This document shows positions 54,463 to 62,812 of a stretch of 64,000 nucleotides of DNA, in pieces. Below the pieces are notes generated by a model. The model had not been told where the DNA came from. It made no database searches and worked only from the letters and a program-made list of their open reading frames with translations. Position 1 is the first letter of the stretch, and each line of letters begins with the position of its first letter. The position numbers and the translations under genes were made by a program. This DNA is from an uncultured delta proteobacterium (lineage in GTDB: Bacteria; Desulfobacterota; Syntrophia; Syntrophales; Smithellaceae). The stretch covers positions 6,156-70,155 of the forward strand of contig CAWKNI010000002.1 of assembly GCA_963851005.1 (NCBI GenBank), read 5' to 3'.

Positions 54463-54639
54463 TGAAATCTTGTGGTGTGAATTGTGTTTATTACGGATTG
54501 TAATGTTGGATATATTTCTAAGACAGCAATGTGTGGAAGTAAGAAATAACCTTGACACTCACTGTCAGGTTAAATTCTGTTTAGGGCACATCAATACAGG
54601 GAGCCTCCGGTCCCTACCGGTGGGGGCTCCACTACCAAA

Positions 54640-54750
54640 TTTTTTAAAATTAAATTTTTTCCTTGACAATAATTTGTCGGAGGATTAATGAATTTAATAG
54701 TTGGTTGAACGTCCAATCAAAATAAATAGAAGGATAATCAAATCGGGGGC
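54640..54750 (+). promoter_or_regulatory. Promoter-operator-leader module, copy 1 (upstream of the AOR operon)
   Basis: TTGACA (54663-54668), 17-nt spacer, TAATGA. After 9 nt comes the 20-bp near-palindrome TTGGTTGAACGTCCAATCAA (54701-54720; 16/20 self-complementary). The block is about 110 nt and alignable with 58505-58614. Confidence 0.6.
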
Positions 54751-54783
54751 GCTCTTAAGAAACCATTAATAGGAGGTAATGCT

Positions 54784-56697
54784 GTGGCGAGCAAATACAA
54801 GGGCTACATGGGAAAGATACTGGATGTGGATCTTACAATGGGGAATATCGGTGAGTATAACTTGTCGGATCGCGACAGGGAGCGGTTCATAGGAGGCAGA
54901 TACATCTCCACAAAGATACTCTGGGATCAAATGAAGCCCGGCATCGATCCGTTATCGCTCGATAATATTCTCATCGTAATGACATCTCCCTTGACCGGCA
55001 CAGGCGCCCCATCAACGAGCCGTTATGACATCTCCGCCAAGAGTCCACAGACAGGTACCATCGGACATTCCAACAGCGGTGGAAATTTCGGTATACATCT
55101 GAAGAGGGCAGGCTGGGATGGTGTAATAATCAGGGGAAGAGCAAATGCCCCAGTTTATCTGGACATTAACGAAGATAAAGTAACGATCAAGGATGCCTCA
55201 CATTTATGGGGAAAGGATATCGAAGAGACAAAGGAACTGATGGGCGACAAGAAGGCAGGCAAGATGGTCATCGGTCCGGCCGGAGAGAACCTTGTAAGAT
55301 ATGCAATCGTAGTTTCCCAGGACAGGGCACACGGGCGTTCAGGCATGGGTGCGGTGCTGGGATCGAAGAACCTCAAAGGCATTGTTGCTCAAGGGAAGAA
55401 AAAGATTGAACTCCATGATCCGGAAGGTTTCCGGGAAACCATCAAGAAGTGGATAAAAATGCTCCAGGCGCATCCGGCAACGGGCGAGTTCGCCCCCAAG
55501 TATGGCACATCGGGGTTTTTGAAATCAATATCCGATCATAACGCTCTTCCCACAAAGAATTTCTCTTCAGGTCACTATGAGGATGCCCAAATGCTTACGG
55601 GCCAGACCCTTGCCGAAACAAGGCTTATAAAGAACGACGGTTGCCAGTCCTGCCCGATACGCTGCGCCAGAATCGTGGAGCTTGACGGCCGTCAGATCAA
55701 GGGACCTGAGTATGAGGTCTTGTGTCTGCTGGGGTCAAATCTGCTCATCAATGATATGGATGCGATCATACGCTGGAACTATGAACTGGACATTCTGGGA
55801 CTTGATACAATTTCTACCGGTACGGTGCTAGGCTTTGCGGCCGAGCTCAATGAAAAGGGCATGTGGAAGAATGGCATTGAATTCGGAAAAAAGGATAACA
55901 TCTCGGCTGTTATACGGAATATTGCTTTGCGCCAGGGCATCGGCGCAGATCTGGCCGAAGGCGTGCGGTACCTTTCGAAGAAATACGGCGGGGAAGATTT
56001 TGCTCCTCATTCCAAGGGCATGGAATTCGCCGCCTACGAACCTAGGGGAGCTGTCGGCCACGGCTTAGGCTATGCTACGGCAAACCGTGGCGCCTGCCAT
56101 CTTGATGGCGGTTATATGATCTATTTTGAGGCGACCGGTCCGGCAATCCTCGATCCCTACGACTACCGGTCCAAGCCGAGTTATACCATATTAGATCAGA
56201 ATCTCCTGTCCTCAATCAGCGCCGGAGGAAGTTGTCTGTTTACATCTTGGACAGTCCTGCCTTCCATCACCTTCAAGGTACCGAATTCCAAGATCGTGAG
56301 CTGGCTGGTCACGCAGATATTGACATATTCATGGCCCACAATAGAACTTACCTTGAAAATGCCATCCTTTATGATGAGATATCACCTCCCTATGCTTCCT
56401 CATTCCAAAGCCATAAAACAGGCTACAGGCATGGATATGGATTTCGGAAGATTCATCAGGATGGGAGAGAGAGGCTTTACTCTGGAACGGCTTTTTAATA
56501 CACGAGAGGGATTTTCCGCCAAGGAAGACACACTGCCCAAACGGTTCACCGATGTAGAACAGATCCCCGGGAAGACCAAGACAAAGGTTCCCCTCGGTAA
56601 AATGTTGCCCGCGTATTACAAGCTACGGGGGTGGGATGCAAACGGTATCCCGACGGCTAAGACACTGAGGAAGCTGGACTTGGAGGATTTGCTATGA
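54784..56697 (+). CDS. Tungsten/molybdopterin aldehyde:ferredoxin oxidoreductase (AOR family)
   Basis: 637-aa ORF with a GTG start after AGGAGG. YMGKILDVDLTMG..., GGRYISTKILWD, CQSCPIRC, and GLDTISTG are typical of AOR N- and C-terminal domains. Confidence 0.92.
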   Translation: MASKYKGYMGKILDVDLTMGNIGEYNLSDRDRERFIGGRYISTKILWDQMKPGIDPLSLDNILIVMTSPLTGTGAPSTSRYDISAKSPQTGTIGHSNSGGNFGIHLKRAGWDGVIIRGRANAPVYLDINEDKVTIKDASHLWGKDIEETKELMGDKKAGKMVIGPAGENLVRYAIVVSQDRAHGRSGMGAVLGSKNLKGIVAQGKKKIELHDPEGFRETIKKWIKMLQAHPATGEFAPKYGTSGFLKSISDHNALPTKNFSSGHYEDAQMLTGQTLAETRLIKNDGCQSCPIRCARIVELDGRQIKGPEYEVLCLLGSNLLINDMDAIIRWNYELDILGLDTISTGTVLGFAAELNEKGMWKNGIEFGKKDNISAVIRNIALRQGIGADLAEGVRYLSKKYGGEDFAPHSKGMEFAAYEPRGAVGHGLGYATANRGACHLDGGYMIYFEATGPAILDPYDYRSKPSYTILDQNLLSSISAGGSCLFTSWTVLPSITFKVPNSKIVSWLVTQILTYSWPTIELTLKMPSFMMRYHLPMLPHSKAIKQATGMDMDFGRFIRMGERGFTLERLFNTREGFSAKEDTLPKRFTDVEQIPGKTKTKVPLGKMLPAYYKLRGWDANGIPTAKTLRKLDLEDLL

Positions 56698-56853
56698 TCT
56701 TAAGTATGAAGAGGTGAAGGGAGAATACAGCGCAAAAACATTGCCGGTGGGAGTGCTGGCCGCGTCTGCGGATTTTTGTTCATGATAATTAGACCGTTAT
56801 TGATATAGTCCAAGTATGAACAAGCAGTGTCTTACTGGAAAAAGAGGAAGGTA

Positions 56854-58488
56854 ATGGAATTTGATTTTGCAGTGATAGGAAGCGGTTTCGGGGGCAGTGT
56901 ATCGGCGTTGCGGCTTGCGGAAAAGGGATACAGCGTTGTCGTGCTGGAAAAAGGCAAATGGGTGACCCCCCTGGATATGGAAGACGCATCCAAAAGCTTG
57001 AACAAGCTTATCTGGAATCCTGCGCTGGGCATGAGGGGCTTTTTCACCTATGATTTCTTTCGGCATGTTTCCATTGTTGGCGGTGTTGGCGTCGGCGGCG
57101 GAAGTCTCGTTTATGCAGCGACCACATTGAGGCCGAAGCAAGCCTTTTATCAGGATTCGGCCTGGAGCAATCTCGGAATCGACTGGGAAAAGGAGCTGAA
57201 ACCTCATTATGATACCGCTTCTAAAATGCTGGGTATAGTTAGAAATCCGGTAATGGATGTCATGGACGACTACCTGAAAGACGTGGCGGAGAAAATGGGA
57301 GCGGGCGATACATTTGGTCCTACCGATACCGGCATCTACTTCGGGATACCGGAAGTGATTGTTGATGATCCCTTCTTCAATGGGAAGGGGCCTTCACGGT
57401 CAGGTTGTTATCTCTGTGGCGAATGTCTCACGGGATGTAAGCACGGTTCGAAAAATAGCCTGGACAAAAATTATCTCTATCTTGCCCAGAAATACGGGGC
57501 GACAATCCTGCCGTACCGGGAAGTCACAAACATTATTCCTCAACAAAACGGCACATATGTCCTGAAGGTAAAGGACAACTCCGGGCTGTGCAAAAAATCT
57601 TCCGATATTAAGGCAAAAAAAGTAGTCGTGGCGGCAGGTGTTCTAGGAACACTGAAGTTGCTGTTTAGATGCAAACAAGTCACAAAAACTCTGCCAGATA
57701 TATCCCGGCAGCTGGGTGTGGTTGTCAGGACAAATAGCGAATCCATTGTAGGTGTTTTGCCCAAACAGGAGGATTTGGATCTTTCCCACGGCACAACGAT
57801 ATCATCGGACTTTTATCCTGATAAATATACACATATCACCCAGAACCGGTTTCCCGAGGGCTACAGTTTCATGAAATATTTCAGCGTTCCCCTTGTGGAT
57901 GACGACCATCCCGTAAGGAGAACTCTGAGAACTCTGGGCAAGATGATTTTGAATCCTCTGGATATCTTTCGGGCAATTTTTGCTAAAAACTGGCACAAGC
58001 GAATCATCGTCCTGACCGTTATGCAGAACCATGACAACCAGCTTTCCTTCAAGTATGGCCCCAGCGCCGTGTTTTCTTTTTTGATGCGCCGTTTAAAGTC
58101 AAAGACCGTTCTGGGGAAAGAAGCGCCGGTAAATATTCCCGTGGCCAACAAGGCGTGCGCCATTCTGGCAGATGTAGCCCAGGGAATGCCCATCAATGTC
58201 AGCAACGAAAACCTGATGAATATGTCGACAACAGCCCATATTCTCGGCGGTTGCCACATGGGATCTTCTCCCGAGAACGGTGTTATCGACACATCACACC
58301 GGGTTTTCGGATACGATGGTCTTTATGTGTGTGACGGTGCGGCAGTTTCGGCCAATGTAGGCGTTAATCCCGCTCTTACGATCACGGCGCTTGCGGAACG
58401 GGCGATGAGTCTTATTCCGGATAAGAAATCAGCCCCGGATGGTTTTTTACGAAACGCCCCTAAATTAAGGATTTTACCGAACAATTAA
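56854..58488 (+). CDS. GMC-family FAD oxidoreductase (cholesterol-oxidase/alcohol-oxidase-like)
   Basis: Start moved to ATG 56854 (RBS AGAGGAAGG). FDFAVIGSGFGGSVSALRLAEKGYSVVVLEKG, and a C-terminal HILGGCHMG...VCDGAAVSANVGVNPALTI. Confidence 0.85.
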   Translation: MEFDFAVIGSGFGGSVSALRLAEKGYSVVVLEKGKWVTPLDMEDASKSLNKLIWNPALGMRGFFTYDFFRHVSIVGGVGVGGGSLVYAATTLRPKQAFYQDSAWSNLGIDWEKELKPHYDTASKMLGIVRNPVMDVMDDYLKDVAEKMGAGDTFGPTDTGIYFGIPEVIVDDPFFNGKGPSRSGCYLCGECLTGCKHGSKNSLDKNYLYLAQKYGATILPYREVTNIIPQQNGTYVLKVKDNSGLCKKSSDIKAKKVVVAAGVLGTLKLLFRCKQVTKTLPDISRQLGVVVRTNSESIVGVLPKQEDLDLSHGTTISSDFYPDKYTHITQNRFPEGYSFMKYFSVPLVDDDHPVRRTLRTLGKMILNPLDIFRAIFAKNWHKRIIVLTVMQNHDNQLSFKYGPSAVFSFLMRRLKSKTVLGKEAPVNIPVANKACAILADVAQGMPINVSNENLMNMSTTAHILGGCHMGSSPENGVIDTSHRVFGYDGLYVCDGAAVSANVGVNPALTITALAERAMSLIPDKKSAPDGFLRNAPKLRILPNN

Positions 58489-58504
58489 TCCGTACTTAAT
58501 TTAT

Positions 58505-58614
58505 TTTAAAAAAATTAAAATTTTTTCTTGACAATAATCGGAGGGAGGATTAAAGAAATAACAAGTTGGTTGAACGTCCAATCAAAAAATTAAGAGGATG
58601 ATCTCATCCGGGGC
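58505..58614 (+). promoter_or_regulatory. Promoter-operator-leader module, copy 2 (upstream of the PHP/thiolase-like operon)
   Basis: TTGACA (58528-58533), 17-nt spacer, TAAAGA. After 9 nt comes the identical TTGGTTGAACGTCCAATCAA (58566-58585). The leader block GAGGATGATC..ATCCGGGGC is shared with copy 1. Confidence 0.6.
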
Positions 58615-58638
58615 AATGTTAATGTTCAGTCGGTATAT

Positions 58639-59187
58639 ATGCTATTAAAGGGATGTTTACATACGCACACAACTTGCTCGGATGGTAAACTGTCACCACA
58701 GGAAGTAGCCAATGAATATGAATCAAGAGGATATGATTTTATAGCTTTTACCGATCATGATTACTTGCTTAAGCCCAATTACCGGGAGATATACGGGCAG
58801 GTAAAGACAAACATGATCATATTTTATGGCATCGAGTTAAGCGTCTTTGTCAATGGAAATATACATGTGTCAAAAATTGAAGGTGAAAATGAGGTGCTAC
58901 ACATATTCAACCACATCGGCGAATACGACTTTACCCCGGAGCAGTTGCTGGTTCGGCTGGCGGAACTGGAAAAGAAGTATCCTCTAGATGCGGTGGAAAT
59001 AACGACAAAAGGGTATCGCGATATAGTTTTTGAATCACTCGATATAGCGTATCCCAAACTGGCATCTGATGACTCGCACACACTGGGCGGTATCGGCAGG
59101 GCATGGATAGAATTGGACGCGCAGCGGAGGAAAGATTCCATCATAAGAGCGATAAAAAAAGGAAAATGTTGGAATTGCTACATATAA
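58639..59187 (+). CDS. PHP-domain metal-dependent phosphoesterase-like protein
   Basis: 182-aa ORF. CLHTHTTCSDGKLSPQEV...GYDFIAFTDHD fits the PHP motif pattern. Confidence 0.75.
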   Translation: MLLKGCLHTHTTCSDGKLSPQEVANEYESRGYDFIAFTDHDYLLKPNYREIYGQVKTNMIIFYGIELSVFVNGNIHVSKIEGENEVLHIFNHIGEYDFTPEQLLVRLAELEKKYPLDAVEITTKGYRDIVFESLDIAYPKLASDDSHTLGGIGRAWIELDAQRRKDSIIRAIKKGKCWNCYI

Positions 59188-59242
59188 CAAAAGAGGATTT
59201 ATATAATCCTTTATAAAGTCACATCAAATAGGAGGAATGGTA

Positions 59243-60397
59243 ATGGCGAAAAAAATTGCCGTCTGCGCAGTGGCGCAGATTAAAAATGATCCGGAATACA
59301 AAGATCTTCGTTTCCAGAACATGCTGCTCGAGTGTTTCGAGTCAATCATGGACCAGACCAAGGTTACCTTCGACATGGATAAAGGCATCAGAACCATCAT
59401 CACGTGCTCGGATGACGTGTTCGATGCGCGAACCATATCCAACAACGGCATAACGGATGTCGTGGGCGCGCACTTTCGGGGCGAGGAAAAGATGGCACAG
59501 GAGAGCATCAATGGCTTGGGTTACGCTATGGCATGCATACTATCAGGCCATGATGACTTGATCCTTTTCATGGGTCACTGCAAGGAGTCCCAGGGCGAAA
59601 GCCGCAGGATGGTTTCCAACTTGGCCTATGATCCGTTCTACTGCAGGCCTCTCGGTATGGACTATCACAACGCAGACGCCTTACAGGCTCGAGCTTACAT
59701 GGAAAAATCGAAAGTAACTGACGAACATCTTGCCAAAGTAGTGGTACGCTCGCGGAAGAATGCGAAAAATAACCCCTATGCGCGAAAGAATAAAATTGTA
59801 ACCGAAAAAGAAGTGATGAATTCGCCGATGTATTCGGACCCGTTGCGTGAACTGCACATTTATCCGGTCACCGACTGGGCGTATGGCATGCTCCTATGCA
59901 GCGAAGAACGGGCGAAGGAGTTTACAAAAAAACCCGTATGGATTACCGGGTACGGGAGCTGTATGGATTCATATTTCCTCGGTGATAAGGACATTACCTC
60001 AAATTTTTCACTTAAAAATGCGGCACAGCGGGCATACGCCAAGGCCGGTATAAAAGATCCCAGAAAAGAGATTCAGCTTTTCGAGCTTAGCGACCACGCC
60101 GCATACCAGCTTCCGATGTGGGCCGAAGGTGTCGGCATTGCCGATGAAGGTAAAGGTGGCAAATGGATCGACGACGGCGGCATGGATAAATTTAATCTCA
60201 ACCTGTCAGGGGGACAGCTCAATGGCAATCCTCTTCTTCTTGGGGGTGCGGCCAGAGCCATTGAATGTTACTATCACCTATCCAATCAGGCAGATGACCG
60301 CCAGGTAAAGGGTGCAAAGCGGGCAGTCGCCCAGGCGGCAACCGGCGGGGCCGGGCAGCATCAGGCCGTAATCGTAATGGAAGCGCAGGGAGGTTGA
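59243..60397 (+). CDS. Thiolase-like protein A (SCP-x/DUF35-partner type, non-canonical active site)
   Basis: Start taken at ATG 59243 (6 nt after GGAGGA). Thiolase-fold length and layout. The C-terminal block NLSGGQLNGNPLLLGGAA sits where thiolases have N.SGG....GHP.GA.G. Confidence 0.8.
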   Translation: MAKKIAVCAVAQIKNDPEYKDLRFQNMLLECFESIMDQTKVTFDMDKGIRTIITCSDDVFDARTISNNGITDVVGAHFRGEEKMAQESINGLGYAMACILSGHDDLILFMGHCKESQGESRRMVSNLAYDPFYCRPLGMDYHNADALQARAYMEKSKVTDEHLAKVVVRSRKNAKNNPYARKNKIVTEKEVMNSPMYSDPLRELHIYPVTDWAYGMLLCSEERAKEFTKKPVWITGYGSCMDSYFLGDKDITSNFSLKNAAQRAYAKAGIKDPRKEIQLFELSDHAAYQLPMWAEGVGIADEGKGGKWIDDGGMDKFNLNLSGGQLNGNPLLLGGAARAIECYYHLSNQADDRQVKGAKRAVAQAATGGAGQHQAVIVMEAQGG

Positions 60398-60400
60398 ACA

Positions 60401-61600
60401 ATGGCACATAAAAAGAAAAATAGAAATGTTGGAATAATAGGTGTTGGACAGACAAAACATTCCAGCCATCGGGAGGATGTCAATCAGCCTGAGTTGATCT
60501 ATGAAGCCGTCAGCCTTGCTCTTAAAGATGCAAATCTGACCATGAAGGACATCGATTGTGTCGTTCACGGCAATATGGAGCTCTTTGAGATGGTTCACTC
60601 GCCGGATCTCTGGCATGTGTTGGGAACCGGCGCCTATGGAAAAGATTGCATTAGGATCACGACCGGTGGAACTGTCGGGGCTACCATTTCATGCGCTTCA
60701 GACAATCTCGTGGCGTCGGGGATGTATGATATCGTAATGGCCATCGGTTTTGAGAAACTGCAGGAAGGGCACACTACCGGCGGCATCACCAACATGGCAG
60801 ACCCTCTCTGGTTCAGGAAAATACAGGCTGGCGCGCTTACCGGGTCCTCGGCTTATGATGTCGAACGGGAATTCGGCGTTGAGCGTGCGGACAAGGCATC
60901 GCTGATATATCGCATCATCATGGATAAGCACGCGGCGCTTAATCCCAACGCACACCGCGCCTTTGGCCTTGAATTCAGCCAGATCGACGACCTCATCAGG
61001 ACTTCACCGAAGCTCGTCGGCAATCTCAAGCTCATCGAAATGTGTTCGCAATCAGACGGAGCATGCTGTGTCATCTTCGCCTGTGAGAAGAAAGCAAAAG
61101 ACCTAACCAAGACGCCGGTTTGGATACGAGATCATATCACCGTTCACAAGGAAGAAACATTCAACATATTCGGATATAACAGAGCATTTCCTGTTATGAA
61201 GTCGCATAAATTTGCGGCGGAACAACTCTTCAAGAGGAACGGCATTACAGACCCCTTAAATTATTTTGATGTTTTTGAAATGTATGATCCGGCCTCATGG
61301 TGGGCCATTGACTGGCTCAGAGACTTCTTCGACCTGAAAGGTGATGAGCATCTCAAGCTCATTGAAAATAAGGAGATCATGATTGGTGGCAAAATGCCCA
61401 TTAACCCGTCAGGCGGCGTGATTGGCTCGAACCCAATCGGCGCGACCGCGCTGATCAGAGTGGCCGAAGCGGCTATGCAGGTGCGCGGCAATGCCGGTCC
61501 GCACCAGATACCGACTCCGGTCAATCACGCTCTGGCGTCAGGGTTCGGCGGCACCATGTGGACAGTGCTGACAATGCTCGAGAAGGAACTTAACTGGTAG
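60401..61600 (+). CDS. Thiolase-like protein B (SCP-x type, non-canonical active site)
   Basis: 399-aa ORF. RNVGIIGVGQTKHS, candidate nucleophile region TISCASDNLVASGMYD, and C-terminal INPSGGVIGSNPIGATA (SNP where GHP is expected). Confidence 0.85.
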   Translation: MAHKKKNRNVGIIGVGQTKHSSHREDVNQPELIYEAVSLALKDANLTMKDIDCVVHGNMELFEMVHSPDLWHVLGTGAYGKDCIRITTGGTVGATISCASDNLVASGMYDIVMAIGFEKLQEGHTTGGITNMADPLWFRKIQAGALTGSSAYDVEREFGVERADKASLIYRIIMDKHAALNPNAHRAFGLEFSQIDDLIRTSPKLVGNLKLIEMCSQSDGACCVIFACEKKAKDLTKTPVWIRDHITVHKEETFNIFGYNRAFPVMKSHKFAAEQLFKRNGITDPLNYFDVFEMYDPASWWAIDWLRDFFDLKGDEHLKLIENKEIMIGGKMPINPSGGVIGSNPIGATALIRVAEAAMQVRGNAGPHQIPTPVNHALASGFGGTMWTVLTMLEKELNW

Positions 61601-61610
61601 GAGGATAATC

Positions 61611-62801
61611 ATGGCAGAATACTGGGGAATAAAAGTAGAAGATATATTCAATACGATGAAAGAGCGTTTCCGTCCCGAAGGCGCTAAGGATGTCGATGCG
61701 GTTTTCGGTTATGATATCGAAAACGAGGGGAAATGGAAACTGACGGTAAAGAACAACGAAATGGTGATCGAGAAGACCGACAACCTTTCCGGATGCATTG
61801 CGACTATGAAAGCCGACGGCGAGACGTTTGTTGGAGTAAATACCGGCAAAGTTGACGCCACGAACGCCTTCATGAGCGGTAAGGTCAAGGTTGAGGGCGA
61901 CATCGGTGCATTTGGGAAGACCGGCAAACTCTTCCGCAAATATGTGATTGCCAAGAAGGAGATGACGACGAAGGATTATCTCGCAGACATGTTCGCGACG
62001 ATTGTGCCGCGGTTCAAGGCTAAAGAGTCCGAAGGGATTGAAGCCTCTTTTGCTTTTGATCTCGGCGGAGCGGACGGCGGCAAATGGACCGTTTTCATAA
62101 AGGATAAAGTATGCACGGTCACGACGACCATCGAGGGTAAGCCAACGGTTACGCTGGAATTCAACGAAGCTAGAGATTATGTCGATTTTATACTTGGGAA
62201 GATTGACGCTCAGAGCATCCTGGCTGCGGGAAAGGCTGCTGCCAAGGGCGATATCAATATGATGGCGACAAAGTGGCCTGTGTTGTTTGAAAAATACAAA
62301 GATCCCATGGCCGGTGCTGTGCAGGAACAGGAACTGTTGGTGCTAAAAAAGACCATATCTGTCGACCAGAAGTTTTCCACCGGCCCCGTCATGGGCAAGT
62401 TCCTCAAGGGATTGAAAGATAAAAAAATATACGCGAATAAATGCCCCAAGTGCGGTCGCTTACAGCTGCCGCCGCGGGAAGTGTGTGCCGAATGCCGGGT
62501 GCGCGCCACTGATTTCCTTGAGGTTGGCCCAAAGGGTGAAGTCCGCTATATGGACATAGTCTACTACGCCATGCCTGATCCGCTTACCGGCGTGGCCAGA
62601 GAAACCCCGTACGGGTCGATCTTTGTCCTCCTGGACGGATGTACAGGCAATGAAACCCTGACACATTTTATCAGAAAAGACCAGATAGAGAAAATCCAGC
62701 TGGGATGGAACGAGAAAAAGGGTACACGTGTCCGCCCCGTCTGGGAGGAAAATAGAATCGCTGATATCTGGGATATTAAATATTTTGAAATAGATGAGTA
62801 A
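61611..62801 (+). CDS. SCP2 - SCP2 - DUF35 (zinc-ribbon/OB-fold) fusion protein
   Basis: 396-aa ORF. Two sterol-carrier-protein-2-like units (..TNAFMSGKVKVEGDIGAFGKTGKLF; ..ILAAGKAAAKGDINMMATKWPVLF), then the zinc ribbon CPKCGRLQLPPREVCAEC and an OB-fold. Confidence 0.8.
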   Translation: MAEYWGIKVEDIFNTMKERFRPEGAKDVDAVFGYDIENEGKWKLTVKNNEMVIEKTDNLSGCIATMKADGETFVGVNTGKVDATNAFMSGKVKVEGDIGAFGKTGKLFRKYVIAKKEMTTKDYLADMFATIVPRFKAKESEGIEASFAFDLGGADGGKWTVFIKDKVCTVTTTIEGKPTVTLEFNEARDYVDFILGKIDAQSILAAGKAAAKGDINMMATKWPVLFEKYKDPMAGAVQEQELLVLKKTISVDQKFSTGPVMGKFLKGLKDKKIYANKCPKCGRLQLPPREVCAECRVRATDFLEVGPKGEVRYMDIVYYAMPDPLTGVARETPYGSIFVLLDGCTGNETLTHFIRKDQIEKIQLGWNEKKGTRVRPVWEENRIADIWDIKYFEIDE

Positions 62802-62812
62802 GGAGTAAGTAT

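Noticed and set aside
54551-54650. Possible small RNA: TTGACA-like box followed by a strong hairpin GGAGCC-TCCGGTCCCTACCGG-TGG-GGCTCC (54600-54630) and a T-run
   Set aside because: The -35/-10 spacing is poor (13 nt). The T-run starts 10 nt after the stem, and the T-run is part of the AT-rich upstream tract of the AOR promoter module. This is not enough for a call.
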